Source of the DNA: an uncultured Desulfobacter sp.
GTDB lineage: Bacteria > Desulfobacterota > Desulfobacteria > Desulfobacterales > Desulfobacteraceae
Reading direction: 5' to 3'
Length of the DNA stretch: 64,000 nt
NCBI GenBank assembly: GCA_963665095.1
Contig: OY762069.1
Location: 3,552,001-3,616,000, forward strand
In this document: one piece after another, positions 42,976 through 55,640 of the stretch
Layout: every line of letters starts with the position of its first letter
How positions within the stretch are numbered: the first letter of the stretch is position 1
Made by a program: the position numbers and the translations under genes
The notes under the pieces: model-generated
What the model was told of the DNA's origin: nothing
The model's input: the letters and a program-made list of their open reading frames with translations, nothing else
Database searches by the model: none

Positions 42976-45255
42976 ATGTTTTTACCTTTAATGGTTCCAT
43001 CTGTGCTGTCTTCCGCCATGGCAGCTGTTTTTTCCGCCACTGCACTGGCCCTGTTTTATATTTTTTTGTCGTCAGCCACCTGCCCGGGATTCAGGTCCTG
43101 GACCCTGACCTTTTTTCTGGCAGCGGCTGCTGCGACCTTTCATTCAGTTTCCTCTCTGTTGTTTTCACATACAGGACCAAACGGTATACATATTTTGCTC
43201 ATTTTCGCTGCCAGCCTGCTTTATGACGGGTTCAGGCAGACGGCAGGACTGAAATCTAAAATAAAATCCTTGTTATGGGCAGACTTTGCGGCAGGTTTTG
43301 CTGTGATTATCCTTGACCGGCTTTTCCCCGGGGCTCCGTCCGGTACCATTTTAATATCTGTCTCCGCGGGCATATACACCGCCCTGACCCTGCGCCTGGT
43401 GATCCTTGGTACCGACGACCCCTCTTCCCCGATACGCCAATGGGTCACCACCGGTGTAATGGGTGTTTTCTGCCTCTCCTGCTGGATTAGGGCTGTCTGC
43501 CTTGTACGTTATTGCGTGTGGCGTGAAGACCCGCTTGCCCCTACGTCTTTTGAAACCGCATGGCTGCCGCTTTTTTTATCCTGCGGGAGTATTCTTATGG
43601 CAGCAGTTCTTATCCGGCTTAACCAGGCCTTTATTGAGGACCAGGCAACCCGCCGGCAAAGAATACTTGAAGAGGCCAGGCAGGATGCTGAAAATACTGC
43701 CCGGGCCAAATCCGAATTCCTGGCCAACATGAGTCATGAAATAAGAACGCCCATGAACGGTATTGTGGGCATGATTGATATTCTGGCAGGAACGGCCCTG
43801 AATGCCGAACAAAAGGATTTTGCAAAATCCGCCATGGAAAGTGCGGATGCCCTGCTGCGCCTGCTCAACGACATTCTGGATTTTTCCAAGATGGAAGCCG
43901 GCATGATGGAGACCGAATTCATTGACTTCAACCTCACTGTCACCCTGGACTCATTTTCAGACATGATGGGGGTCAAGGCCTATGAAAAAGGCATTGAGTT
44001 CGGATGTCTGGTGGATCCCGATGTCCCGGTCTTCCTCAATGGAGATCCGGGCAGGCTGCGCCAGATCCTGACCAACCTTGCCGGTAATTCAATTAAATTC
44101 ACAGATAAAGGTGAGGTGTTTGTCCAGGTAACCAGAAAAGCAGACAAGACTGATAACGGGGTTGAACTGCTCTTCTCCGTCAAGGACACAGGTATCGGTA
44201 TTGCCAAAGATAAAATTGACTCTCTTTTTGACTCCTATACCCAGGCAGATGCATCTGTAACCCGCAAGTACGGCGGCACCGGTTTAGGACTGGCCATATC
44301 CAAGCAGCTTACGGAACTGATGGGCGGCAGGATCTGGGCTGAAAGCAAAGAAGGGCAAGGTACTACCTTTTTCTTTACCTCGGTCTTCAAACAATCCGCC
44401 TCCCCGGCCCAGGAGGCGGACTTAGGTCTTGATATCCGGGGAAAAAGCATTCTGGTGGTGGATGACAACCCCATGAACCAGAAGGTGCTGAACGCTTTTT
44501 TAACTTCCATGGAGTGCTCTTTCCACGGGGTCAGGGACGGATTTGCCGCCCTGAAACTGCTCTCAGAGCAGCCGGACCGGTTTGACCTGGCCATCATTGA
44601 TTTTCAGGCATCCGGGATTCCGGGAAGTGAGCTGGGCCGCAAAATCCGGGAAGCCCACAGTGCCGAAAAGCTGGCCCTGGTAATGATCGCCTCTGCCGGC
44701 CGCCGGGGGGATGCAGACAAACTCAAGCACATCGGCTTCCAGGGATTCCTGACAAAGCCAGTGAAAAAAGCACAGGTTCTGGATTGTATCCGCACGGTAC
44801 TCAACCCGGAGCACGGGGGCGCCCTTGTTACCCGGTATACGCTGAAGGAGATGCGCCACCAGACTGACAGGGCCGGGGCGCAGGCCAGACACATCCTGCT
44901 GGTGGAAGATAATAAAATCAACCAGAAGGTGGTCACAAAAATGCTGGAGACATTAGGCCATAAGGTCAGCATAGCGGTAAACGGACAGGAGGCAGTTAAT
45001 GCCGTAAAAGACCACTTTGATGTATTTGACTTGATTCTGATGGATAATCAGATGCCGGTTATGGGCGGCGAAGAGGCATGTCGCCGGATCCGGGCCATGG
45101 AACAGAACAGCCCCTTTCACACCCCTATTATTGCGCTCACGGCCAATGCCATGAAAGGCGACCGCGAAAGGTTCCTGTCTGCGGGCATGGACGGATATCT
45201 GAGCAAACCGGTCAAGAAAAACGACCTGGCCGAAACCCTGGCTGAAATTTTATAA
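42976..45255 (+). CDS. Membrane hybrid histidine kinase (about 7 TM helices, HisKA, HATPase, 2 REC)
   Basis: Hydrophobic N-terminal 210 aa; [29 protein letters not shown]...LMDNQMP. Confidence 0.92.
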   Translation: MFLPLMVPSVLSSAMAAVFSATALALFYIFLSSATCPGFRSWTLTFFLAAAAATFHSVSSLLFSHTGPNGIHILLIFAASLLYDGFRQTAGLKSKIKSLLWADFAAGFAVIILDRLFPGAPSGTILISVSAGIYTALTLRLVILGTDDPSSPIRQWVTTGVMGVFCLSCWIRAVCLVRYCVWREDPLAPTSFETAWLPLFLSCGSILMAAVLIRLNQAFIEDQATRRQRILEEARQDAENTARAKSEFLANMSHEIRTPMNGIVGMIDILAGTALNAEQKDFAKSAMESADALLRLLNDILDFSKMEAGMMETEFIDFNLTVTLDSFSDMMGVKAYEKGIEFGCLVDPDVPVFLNGDPGRLRQILTNLAGNSIKFTDKGEVFVQVTRKADKTDNGVELLFSVKDTGIGIAKDKIDSLFDSYTQADASVTRKYGGTGLGLAISKQLTELMGGRIWAESKEGQGTTFFFTSVFKQSASPAQEADLGLDIRGKSILVVDDNPMNQKVLNAFLTSMECSFHGVRDGFAALKLLSEQPDRFDLAIIDFQASGIPGSELGRKIREAHSAEKLALVMIASAGRRGDADKLKHIGFQGFLTKPVKKAQVLDCIRTVLNPEHGGALVTRYTLKEMRHQTDRAGAQARHILLVEDNKINQKVVTKMLETLGHKVSIAVNGQEAVNAVKDHFDVFDLILMDNQMPVMGGEEACRRIRAMEQNSPFHTPIIALTANAMKGDRERFLSAGMDGYLSKPVKKNDLAETLAEIL

Positions 45256-45314
45256 AAAAGCATCCTTCCGGAGCCTATCCGCCAGCATGGCTTCGTCGGT
45301 GTCATCCGCCTGCT

Positions 45315-45351
45315 CAGCAAAGGGCATAACCACTGGTCATGCCCTTTGCTG
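45315..45351. repeat. Strong palindrome within a probable REP-like intergenic element
   Basis: CAGCAAAGGGCAT-a-ACCA-c-TGGT-c-ATGCCCTTTGCTG between two convergent genes. Confidence 0.65.
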
Positions 45352-45419
45352 GAATCGCTTACTTCATCCAGCTTTGTGCCGCAACGCCGCAGGTGGGTGA
45401 CTTTGCGTTCAAACACTAA

Positions 45420-46574
45420 TTAGGGTTTGCGTTTATCCTTGAGCACGGCATTTGAAATGACAATACGCTGGATCTCACTGGTCCCTTCGTAAATCGTAAA
45501 TACCCGGGCATCCCTGTAATATCGCTCCACCTCATAATCCTTGGTGAAGCCGTACCCGCCATGCATCTGAATGGCCCGGGCCGTAATATCCTGCACCATC
45601 TCCGAGGCAAAGAGCTTGGCCATGGATGCCTCCCGGGTAAAGGGTTCCTTTCTGTCTTTCATGGATGCTGCGGAAAAAACAAGCTGGCGGGCCGCTTCGA
45701 TCTGGGTTGCCATATCTGCCACCTGGAAACGGATGGCCTGGTGTTTGGTGATGGAGACCCCGAACTGTTTACGGCCTTTTGCATACTTAACAGCGGCATC
45801 AAAGGCAGCCTGGGCCACCCCGAGGGACTGAGCGGCGATGCCGATCCGGCCGCTGTCCAGCCCGGACATGGCAATTTTAAAGCCGTCTCCCTCTTTGCCC
45901 AGGATATTGGCGGCCGGCACCCGGCACTCCTCAAAGATCAGGTCGGTGGTGTCCGACGCCCGCAGCCCCATTTTATCTTCATGGTGCCCCACGGTAAATC
46001 CGGGCGTTCCCTTGGGCACGATAAAGCAGGATATCCCCCTGTGGCCCAGACTTTCATCGGTCTTGGCCGTGACAAGCACCACCGAAGAATTTTCCCCTGA
46101 GGTGATAAATCGCTTGGTGCCGTTAATTATATATTCCCCCCCCTCTTTACGAGCCGTGGTGGCCTGGCTGACCGGATCGGAACCGGCATCAGGCTCGGTC
46201 AGGGCAAAGGCCCCGATAATCTCACCCGATGCCAGGGGTACAAGGAATTCCTGCTTTTGATCTTCTGTGCCGAATTTACATAAAGACTCGCACACAATGG
46301 AGTTCTGAACTGACATCACAACGGATGTGGAGGCACAGGAATAGGCGATTTCAGACAGGGCCAGGACATAGGAAACCGCGTCCGCCCCTTCTCCGCCATA
46401 TTCCACAGGCACCATCATGCCCATCAGCCCTAATTCCCCCATCTGTCTGAAATTCTCTGCCGGAAACTCTCTGGTTTTATCCCTCTCTGCGGCTGCAGGC
46501 CCCACCACCTTGCGTGAGAACTCGCGGACCATATTCTGGATCATCACCTGTTCATCAGTTAGCTTGAATAACAT
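45420..46574 (-). CDS. Acyl-CoA dehydrogenase (short/branched-chain type)
   Basis: FALTEPDAGSD, INGTKRFIT, KMGLRAS, RKQFG and IYEGTSEIQR motifs. Confidence 0.93.
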   Translation of the reverse strand: MLFKLTDEQVMIQNMVREFSRKVVGPAAAERDKTREFPAENFRQMGELGLMGMMVPVEYGGEGADAVSYVLALSEIAYSCASTSVVMSVQNSIVCESLCKFGTEDQKQEFLVPLASGEIIGAFALTEPDAGSDPVSQATTARKEGGEYIINGTKRFITSGENSSVVLVTAKTDESLGHRGISCFIVPKGTPGFTVGHHEDKMGLRASDTTDLIFEECRVPAANILGKEGDGFKIAMSGLDSGRIGIAAQSLGVAQAAFDAAVKYAKGRKQFGVSITKHQAIRFQVADMATQIEAARQLVFSAASMKDRKEPFTREASMAKLFASEMVQDITARAIQMHGGYGFTKDYEVERYYRDARVFTIYEGTSEIQRIVISNAVLKDKRKP

Positions 46575-46605
46575 GGCATCTCCTTTTCAAATAATGTGAC
46601 CGGAA

Positions 46606-47151
46606 TCAGGGGGCATAAACCACCACAATGAGTTCGGCATTTCTTGGGCCGACATTGCGCAGGTCATGCTTGATCCCGGAATTGAAATGAAGGGAATCTC
46701 CTGTTTTCAAGGTATTGACATGATCCCCCACCTGGATTTCCACTTCGCCGTCAAGCACATAGGCAAACTCCTCGCCTTCGTGCTGAAAGCCGACACCTTC
46801 ATGGGACATACCCGCCTCCACAACAATGCGGAACGCCTTTAAGTGGTTGTTTTCCGCGCCAGGGCTTAAAGGAGTGTAGGCATAGTTATCCGTACGCTTG
46901 GTATAGGCATCGGCCCTGGCTTCTGTGGAATCATCCTGCTCTTTAAGCAGGAAGCCGGAATCCAGCTGCAGGGTGCGTGAGATCTGGAGCAGCGTGCCCA
47001 CTGAGGGCCGCTGCTCTCCGCTTTCGATGTTTTTGATCTGATCCTTTGACAAACCGGTTTCGTTTGCCATGGCGTCCAGGCTGATTTTCTTGTCAAGCCT
47101 GGCCCGCCTGATTCGTGTTCCTACGTGGGGAATTTCCTTCTTTTTAGCCAT
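46606..47151 (-). CDS. XRE-family HTH regulator with cupin domain
   Basis: HTH (IRRARL...IESGEQRPSVGTL) plus cupin HEGEEFAYVLDG...GDSLHFNSGIKH. ATG 47151 has a GGAG RBS. Confidence 0.9.
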   Translation of the reverse strand: MAKKKEIPHVGTRIRRARLDKKISLDAMANETGLSKDQIKNIESGEQRPSVGTLLQISRTLQLDSGFLLKEQDDSTEARADAYTKRTDNYAYTPLSPGAENNHLKAFRIVVEAGMSHEGVGFQHEGEEFAYVLDGEVEIQVGDHVNTLKTGDSLHFNSGIKHDLRNVGPRNAELIVVVYAP

Positions 47152-47242
47152 ACTATCTCCAATAGTTTGAGGGTGATCAAACTCCATCTTTGACTGAGCG
47201 CTCGTTCAGCGCCGACGGACTAAAAAAACACAAGGTTAAAAA

Positions 47243-48307
47243 CTACTCTACAAATTCAATCCAGCCTTCAGTATCTTCTGCCTGTCCGTATTGAATGGCT
47301 GTCAGGGCATTGTAAAATTTCATGCAGGTTTCACCGGGATTTCCGTCACCAATATTGATGACGCGGTCTTTATACCGGATCTCCCCTACCGGGGAAACAA
47401 CAGCTGCAGTACCGGACCCGAACACCTCTTTCAGAGTGCCGTTGTCATGTGCGGCAAGGACTTCATCAATGCTGATCTTGCGTTCACTGACTTTCATGCC
47501 CCATTTTTTGGCCAGATCAATGACGGAATACCGGGTAATGCCGGGCAGGATGCTGCCGTTGAGCACAGGCGTGACCAGTTCATCATTGATAACAAAAAAG
47601 ATATTCATGGCCCCGACTTCCTCAATGTATTTGAGTTCAATGCCGTCCAGCCACAGGACCTGGTTGTATCCTTCCTCTTTTGCTTTTTCGCCGGCCAGAA
47701 GGCTTGCGGCATAGTTGCCAGGGGTCTTGAATTCACCCACGCCGCCGCGCACGGCCCTGACATGATCTTCACACACCCAGATTTTTACAGGCTGCAGCCC
47801 CTGGGCATAGTATGACCCCACCGGAGAAAGAATGATAAAAAAACGATAAGTATGGGCGGCCCTTACGCCAAGATACGGGTCTGTGGCAAACATAAAGGGA
47901 CGGATATAAAGCGAAGTCCCCATGGTTTCCGGGATCCAGTCCTTTTCGATTTTGACCAGCTTCTTAAGGGCATCCATCACGAAATCCACATCAATTCCTG
48001 GAATGCAAAGCCCTTTTGCAGACCGGTTCATGCGGGCAAAATTATCCCGGGCTCTGAAAAGCTGCACTTTGCCGGATTCTGTTTTATAGGCTTTCAGCCC
48101 TTCAAATACGGCCTGTCCATAGTGCAGCACCATGGCCGCAGGAGAGACCGAAAAAGTGCCGTAGGGTTCAATGCGGGCATCGCACCAGCCCTGCCCCTCT
48201 TTATAATCCATAACAAACATATGGTCGGTAAACACCGTACCAAATCCCAGGTCCTCATCTTTGGGCCGGGTCCCCGTTTTAGACGCCCGGGTAACTTTAA
48301 CCTCCAT
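47243..48307 (-). CDS. ilvE: Branched-chain amino acid aminotransferase
   Basis: LHYGQAVFEGLKAY, LYIRP, FKTPGNY (PLP Lys), EEVGAMN, ILPGITR and FGSGTAA motifs. Confidence 0.95.
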   Translation of the reverse strand: MEVKVTRASKTGTRPKDEDLGFGTVFTDHMFVMDYKEGQGWCDARIEPYGTFSVSPAAMVLHYGQAVFEGLKAYKTESGKVQLFRARDNFARMNRSAKGLCIPGIDVDFVMDALKKLVKIEKDWIPETMGTSLYIRPFMFATDPYLGVRAAHTYRFFIILSPVGSYYAQGLQPVKIWVCEDHVRAVRGGVGEFKTPGNYAASLLAGEKAKEEGYNQVLWLDGIELKYIEEVGAMNIFFVINDELVTPVLNGSILPGITRYSVIDLAKKWGMKVSERKISIDEVLAAHDNGTLKEVFGSGTAAVVSPVGEIRYKDRVINIGDGNPGETCMKFYNALTAIQYGQAEDTEGWIEFVE

Positions 48308-48607
48308 TACGCCTCCGTTTTAAAAAACATTAAACTGTTACCGGCTGGTTTATCAAATGCTTTGGCCGGCTGCCAACTTTCGCAGTCATGCTAAAACCAG
48401 TCAAACCGGTCACGAAAAGCCAGCCTGGCTTCATCGTAAGTTGTCATATTAGGATATAAATAATGTGAAAGCAAAGGGATTTTAAATACCGGCTGAAATC
48501 ATATGGAAAAATACTTGTTATTGCATGCCGGAATAAGATATGTTTCATTATATCCTCGTTTTCAGATCATCAAAAATAGTTCATTCATATATACGGAGGG
48601 CCCCGGT

Positions 48608-49588
48608 ATGAGAAATATAAAAACCATTTTCTTTGTTATTTGTGCCCTGTGCTGTCTGCTTTCGTTAAGCTGTGCCGCAGAAATGAAACGCGTGGCGATT
48701 GTGCGTTACCAGCTGCCGCCTATGAATTTTTCCGATGTTATTTTAAGTTTTAAAAAGGTAATGGAAATCAACGGGTACATAGAAGGCAAAAATATTGAAT
48801 ACATCGACCTTCTGACAGACACCGATGACCAGGCATCCATTCCCCAGGTCAATGAATTCACCCGGGAATATAAAAACAAGGTGGATCTTTTTTTAACCTG
48901 TGGCTGGGTCTCCATGTTTGTCCGGCAAATTCTTAAAGGATCAGACACGCCTCAAATTTTTACCTTTGTTTTGCGAAGGGTGGCCTACAGACTGGTGCCC
49001 AGCCTGGAGACCGGGTCCGGCAGCAATATCGCAGGGATCTATCTGATTTACCCCCCGGAAAAGATATTAAAACTGCTGAAGCTTACCATTCCGGGCGCAA
49101 AAAAATATGGTGTATGCTGGAATTCCGAAGTGCCGGCGGATATTCTTTTCAAACAGTCCTTTGATGAACTGGAAAACACCATGGGAATTAAAATTGTCTA
49201 TTTTGACCTGGCCAAAGGGGTGGGCGCCATCATGGAAGAGATCCAAACCTCCGGCATTGATGCCTTTGGCGGCTGCGTCAGTTTCAGGAAACCGCGCTTT
49301 GCAAAACTGTTTACCATAGACATACCGGTGATCTCCCCCAAACTGGACAATGGAAATCCCGGGGATATGAACGGCACCAACGAAATAACAGGATTCTGGA
49401 ACTCTTCCGGTGGCGAACTGGCTGCCCGGATGGCCCTGGATGTCTGGAGTGGAAAAATTCAAATTGGGAACATTATCCCCCAGCGGATCAAAACCCAGAT
49501 TATATATGTCAATAAAGGCAATGCTGACCGTTTAGGCATACACATTTCACCGTTTCTGCTTAAAATTGCCAATGAAGTATACAAATAA
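48608..49588 (+). CDS. Orphan ABC-type substrate-binding protein (ABC_sub_bind-like)
   Basis: Signal peptide; GYIEGKNIEY, GSNIAGI, LKLTIPGAKKYGV and YVNKGNADRLGIHI motifs. ATG 48608 follows GGAGG. Confidence 0.75.
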   Translation: MRNIKTIFFVICALCCLLSLSCAAEMKRVAIVRYQLPPMNFSDVILSFKKVMEINGYIEGKNIEYIDLLTDTDDQASIPQVNEFTREYKNKVDLFLTCGWVSMFVRQILKGSDTPQIFTFVLRRVAYRLVPSLETGSGSNIAGIYLIYPPEKILKLLKLTIPGAKKYGVCWNSEVPADILFKQSFDELENTMGIKIVYFDLAKGVGAIMEEIQTSGIDAFGGCVSFRKPRFAKLFTIDIPVISPKLDNGNPGDMNGTNEITGFWNSSGGELAARMALDVWSGKIQIGNIIPQRIKTQIIYVNKGNADRLGIHISPFLLKIANEVYK

Positions 49589-49708
49589 GATGTCATCTGT
49601 TGCCAATTCCTGTCATTTTTATTAAATAAAATCTGAAATCTGAAGCCGGACGTTTCTTGTAACGTGATGCACTTGTTTTTAACCTGCTCATAACTAAAGG
49701 ACGACACT

Positions 49709-51412
49709 ATGACTTTGTTCAATCCAAAGACTGCTACCTTTGACCATCTTGATTCCGCTTCCAAAGCCATCATGGAAAAGACCATCCACTATTTTGAAAG
49801 CCGGGGCAAAAAGCAGCTGAAATCTGATTCCCATGAACGTATCTGGTATGATGATTTTATCACCTTTATAAAGGAAAATCAGATTTTTGCCACCCTTCTG
49901 ACCCCTGCCAAATATGCCGGTGACAACAAAGAGGCCCGCTGGGACACACGGCGGATCTGTGATTTTAATGAAATTCTCGGCTTTTACAACCTGGCCCACT
50001 GGTACACCTGGCAGGTTTCCATCCTGGGGCTTGGCCCCATCTGGATGTCAAAAAATGAAGCGATAAAAGAAAAAACGGCTGACATGCTTAAGCAGGGGCA
50101 TATCTTTGCCTTTGGGCTCTCTGAAAAGAATCACGGAGCCGACCTCTACTCCTCGGACATGACCCTGACCCCCTTAGGGGAAGGGCAGTATGTGGCAGAC
50201 GGCGGGAAATACTATATCGGCAACGGCAACAAGGCAGGTATTGTGGCCACATTCGGCAAGAATTCAGAGACCGATGAATATGTATTTTTTGCCGCTGATC
50301 CCACACATGACAACTATGATCTTGTGAAGAATGTTGTGAACTGGGAAGGGTATGTGGCTGAATACAACTTAAGCGGTTATCCGGTCACGGATGACGATAT
50401 CATGTCCACAGGCCAGGATGCCTGGGACAGCGCCCTGAACACCGTGAATGTGGGAAAATTCAACCTGGGCTGGGCCTCCATAGGCATCTGCACCCACGCC
50501 TTTTACGAAGGTCTGAACCATGCCGCCAACCGTAATCTTTACGGCAAATGGGTCACAGATTTCCCCCACATCCGCCAGATCTTTGTGGACGCCTGCACAA
50601 GGCTTTGTGCCATGAAGCTGTTTGCCACAAGAGCTCAGGATTACTTCCGAAGCGCCTCCAAAGACGACCGCAGATATCTGCTGTACAACCCCATGGTCAA
50701 AATGAAGGTGACCAGCCAGGGCGAAGAGGTGATTGATCTGATCTGGGATGTGATTGCGGCAAGGGGCTTTGAAAAAGATACCTATTTTGAGGTGGCCACA
50801 TCAGACATCCGCTCCCTGCCCAAACTTGAAGGCACGGTGCATGTCAACATGGCACTGATTGTCAAATTTATGGCCAACTATTTTTTCAACCCCGGCACAT
50901 TTCCTGACATCGGCAAGCAGGATGACCCTGCCTGCGACGAGTTTCTGTTCAACCAGGGCCCCACCCGGGGCCTTGGCAAGATCCAGTTCCATGATCCAAA
51001 CCTTGCCTATGACAGTGTGGATCTGCCCAACGTCAATGTATTTAAAGAACAGATTAAGATCCTTAAACAGATGCTGGCAACGGCGGCCCCGGACAAGGCC
51101 CAGGCCGGCAACATGGATTTCCTTTTGACCCTGGGGGAACTGTTCACCCTGGTGGCATACGGCCAGCTGCTCATCGAAAAATACAACATGGACAAATTTG
51201 ACACCGACCTTCTTGAACAGATTTTTGACTTCATGGTCCGGGATTTCTCTAAATTTGCCCTGAGCCTCTATTCAAAAACAGATACCACCGAGGCCCAGAT
51301 GGCACTCTGCCTGGAAATGATCAAAAAGCCGGTAAAAGATCAGGAACGGTTTAACCGGGTTTGGGAGAACCATGTGATTTGTCATAAAGACACCTATGAA
51401 ATGACCCCTTAA
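49709..51412 (+). CDS. Acyl-CoA dehydrogenase (long, FadE-like)
   Basis: FAFGLSEKNHGAD, GGKYYIGNG and PKLEGTVHVN motifs. Confidence 0.88.
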   Translation: MTLFNPKTATFDHLDSASKAIMEKTIHYFESRGKKQLKSDSHERIWYDDFITFIKENQIFATLLTPAKYAGDNKEARWDTRRICDFNEILGFYNLAHWYTWQVSILGLGPIWMSKNEAIKEKTADMLKQGHIFAFGLSEKNHGADLYSSDMTLTPLGEGQYVADGGKYYIGNGNKAGIVATFGKNSETDEYVFFAADPTHDNYDLVKNVVNWEGYVAEYNLSGYPVTDDDIMSTGQDAWDSALNTVNVGKFNLGWASIGICTHAFYEGLNHAANRNLYGKWVTDFPHIRQIFVDACTRLCAMKLFATRAQDYFRSASKDDRRYLLYNPMVKMKVTSQGEEVIDLIWDVIAARGFEKDTYFEVATSDIRSLPKLEGTVHVNMALIVKFMANYFFNPGTFPDIGKQDDPACDEFLFNQGPTRGLGKIQFHDPNLAYDSVDLPNVNVFKEQIKILKQMLATAAPDKAQAGNMDFLLTLGELFTLVAYGQLLIEKYNMDKFDTDLLEQIFDFMVRDFSKFALSLYSKTDTTEAQMALCLEMIKKPVKDQERFNRVWENHVICHKDTYEMTP

Positions 51413-51421
51413 CGGTCAGAT

Positions 51422-51471
51422 AAAAAGGCGGCGGTTCAGGCTTGGGATCAAATTGGAATCGCCGCCTTTTT
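51422..51471. terminator. Bidirectional intrinsic terminator
   Basis: AAAAAGGCGGCGGTTC ... GAATCGCCGCCTTTTT between convergent ends. Confidence 0.75.
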
Positions 51472-51488
51472 CCTTGCTTCGCATTTGG

Positions 51489-52254
51489 TCATGCACCCTC
51501 CGGCAGTGATCTGAGTGCGGCCAGGGCATCCTTGAATCTGTATTTTTTCACCCAGTTGTGGACCTCGGCCAGGATTTGTCTTTCTTCATCCGGCAGTTCA
51601 TGGGACTCAAGCTCTTCAAGTACCGGGTTGACCAGGGCCGGCCGTTTGCGTTCAAGCGCCTGTGGCGGAAAGCCCTTTAATGGTATGGGCCAGACGTTCG
51701 GCTGCCTCCTTGTCTTCGGCCAGCAGACTGACCAGGGTTGTAGCCCCGTCTTTATACTCCCGGGCAAAATCCTTAAGCAGCCTGCTGTAAAGGGCGGAAT
51801 TTCCCATAATGTGTTTAAGTCCCATGTCTTTGTCAATACTGATAAACTCAGGAATTTTAATGACCGAATCTTTGGCGGACGATCCGTCCGGGCTTCGGGC
51901 AGACGATAACGACAGGGGATCGCATTTCCGGCAGATATATTTCAGCAGGATGGCACTGGCGTTAAGGGTTGTCAGCTGGTCCTTGAGCGAGGAGGTATCC
52001 ACCTGGCGATGGTAATCTTTTCTTACCCCCTCTTCAAATGTCTCCACCAGGTCATTGTAAAACAACGAGGGGTTGATGGGCTTTTCCAGGAACACATCAA
52101 TGCCTGTGGCATTGGCAGCCTTGAAAACCGTCTCCTTGCGGTAGGCCGAGACCATGATAATTGTGGCCGTCGGTGTGGTGCTGTGCTGCTGGATCTGGTT
52201 GGCGGCTTCAATGCCGTCCATGCCCGGCAGATGCCAGTCCATGAATACCAGATG
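51489..52254 (-). pseudogene. Remnant of a hybrid histidine kinase C-terminus (half REC, linker, Hpt, tail)
   Basis: HLVFMDWHLPGMDG...MVSAY...LEKP; the second REC is deleted (SAILL|KYI); Hpt AHTIKGLSAT shifts frame into ALERKRP...YRFKDALAAL. No 5' end. Confidence 0.82.
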
Positions 52255-53114
52255 ACAAAACAGGATCTGTACCGGATGATCCAGGACCTGCAAAAGGAGG
52301 TCCTGGAGCTTAAGGAACAGCTGTCGGATTCCGACAAACATCTTGGCGAGGAATATACCCGGAAACTTGTCCATACCGAGGTGGCGGCAATGAAGGCCCG
52401 GGATGAACTTGGATTCAGGGCTGGTATTCTTAAAGTTCCCTTCGGGCTGTATAACGAGAGCCGGGACATAGATTCGGCCCGTATCGGGGTGATGCTTCCC
52501 CAGGGGTTCTACAGTGAAAATATCCGGGAGATGACCAATGATTTACTGGGAATTTCCACCTATGGTGCCCTGGATTTAAGCACGGTCGGCACCTTGAGTT
52601 ACTGCCTTCTTTACGGCGGGAATGACGCAGATTCCGACGGAGAGATTGCCATGTCCTTTTCCACCACGGAGCTCATGGATGAAGACTCTATTACAGAGGT
52701 GCGGATAGATGACGTTCTTGCAGGCGCCCTGACATGGCAGACCCCTTTGGAGGGGATGAATCTCAACCTCAATTACCAGACAGGACAGCTTGAAATCAAT
52801 GGGACCAGAACCATAGAATATCCGGCCGGATCCGGCAACACCATCACCCCTTCGGCCAGGGTCCGGGATAACAGTTTCAGTAATATAGCCCTGGGGTTTG
52901 AATACACATGGGAAAACCTGGTGATCGCCAGTGAATATAGAGCTGCCAGAACACCCTGTCACTCAATGCCCGGTTTGGTATCAATGATTACTGGATCATT
53001 AAAGCCGGCGTGAACTTCAATGAGGGTTTTGGCACCGGATACAGCTTTCAGCAGGATGAGGAGCTGAAGAAGGACTGGACCCTGTATCAGCTGAAAACTC
53101 CGGTCTCTTTCTGA
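52252..53114 (+). pseudogene. Remnant of an outer-membrane beta-barrel (porin-like) gene
   Basis: No signal peptide; coiled coil followed by RDELGFRAGILKVPFGLYNESRD. After a frame change near 52946 it reads QNTLSLNARFGINDYWIIKAGVNF...WTLYQLKTPVSF*, with a terminal Phe beta-signal. Confidence 0.75.
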
Positions 53115-53138
53115 TCCCGATCCCAACAGTATAAGAAG

Positions 53139-53178
53139 AAAGGCGGCGTTTCAAGTCAGGTAAAAACGCCGCCTTTTT
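53139..53178. terminator. Intrinsic terminator between the porin remnant and katG
   Basis: AAAGGCGGCGTTT ... AAACGCCGCCTTTTT. Confidence 0.75.
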
Positions 53179-53245
53179 GCCAGTCTGACACAGGGGCGCG
53201 GCGAACAAGGGAAAACCGTCACGCCCTCAAAATGCCTTCTCCCCC

Positions 53246-55468
<2,223 letters not shown>

Positions 55469-55565
55469 TTAAAACATAAAAGGTTATAATAATATAGGGC
55501 TGCAAATAGCAGCCTTTGAACAATCAATCACCTAATATATCTGAATTTAAGATATCTTGTATCAA

Positions 55566-55593
55566 ATAATAATTATTATCATTTAAATGTCAA
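55566..55593 (-). promoter_or_regulatory. Sigma70-type katG promoter overlapped by a Fur/PerR-type box
   Basis: Minus strand TTGACA-16-TATTAT. The 7-1-7 inverted repeat TAATAAT-T-ATTATCA at 55567-55581 has one mismatch to TGATAAT-N-ATTATCA. Confidence 0.75.
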
Positions 55594-55640
55594 AAGAAAT
55601 CGCGACTTTGCGCATTATTTTTTAAACTATTACTACCGGC

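Noticed and set aside
45117..45416. 99-aa minus-strand ORF
   Set aside because: It spans the palindromic element and is antisense to the kinase 3' end.
52009..52251. 5' part of the 334-aa plus-strand ORF (and likewise 52255-52374 of the minus-strand ORF)
   Set aside because: Each is antisense read-through of the opposite remnant, not real coding sequence.
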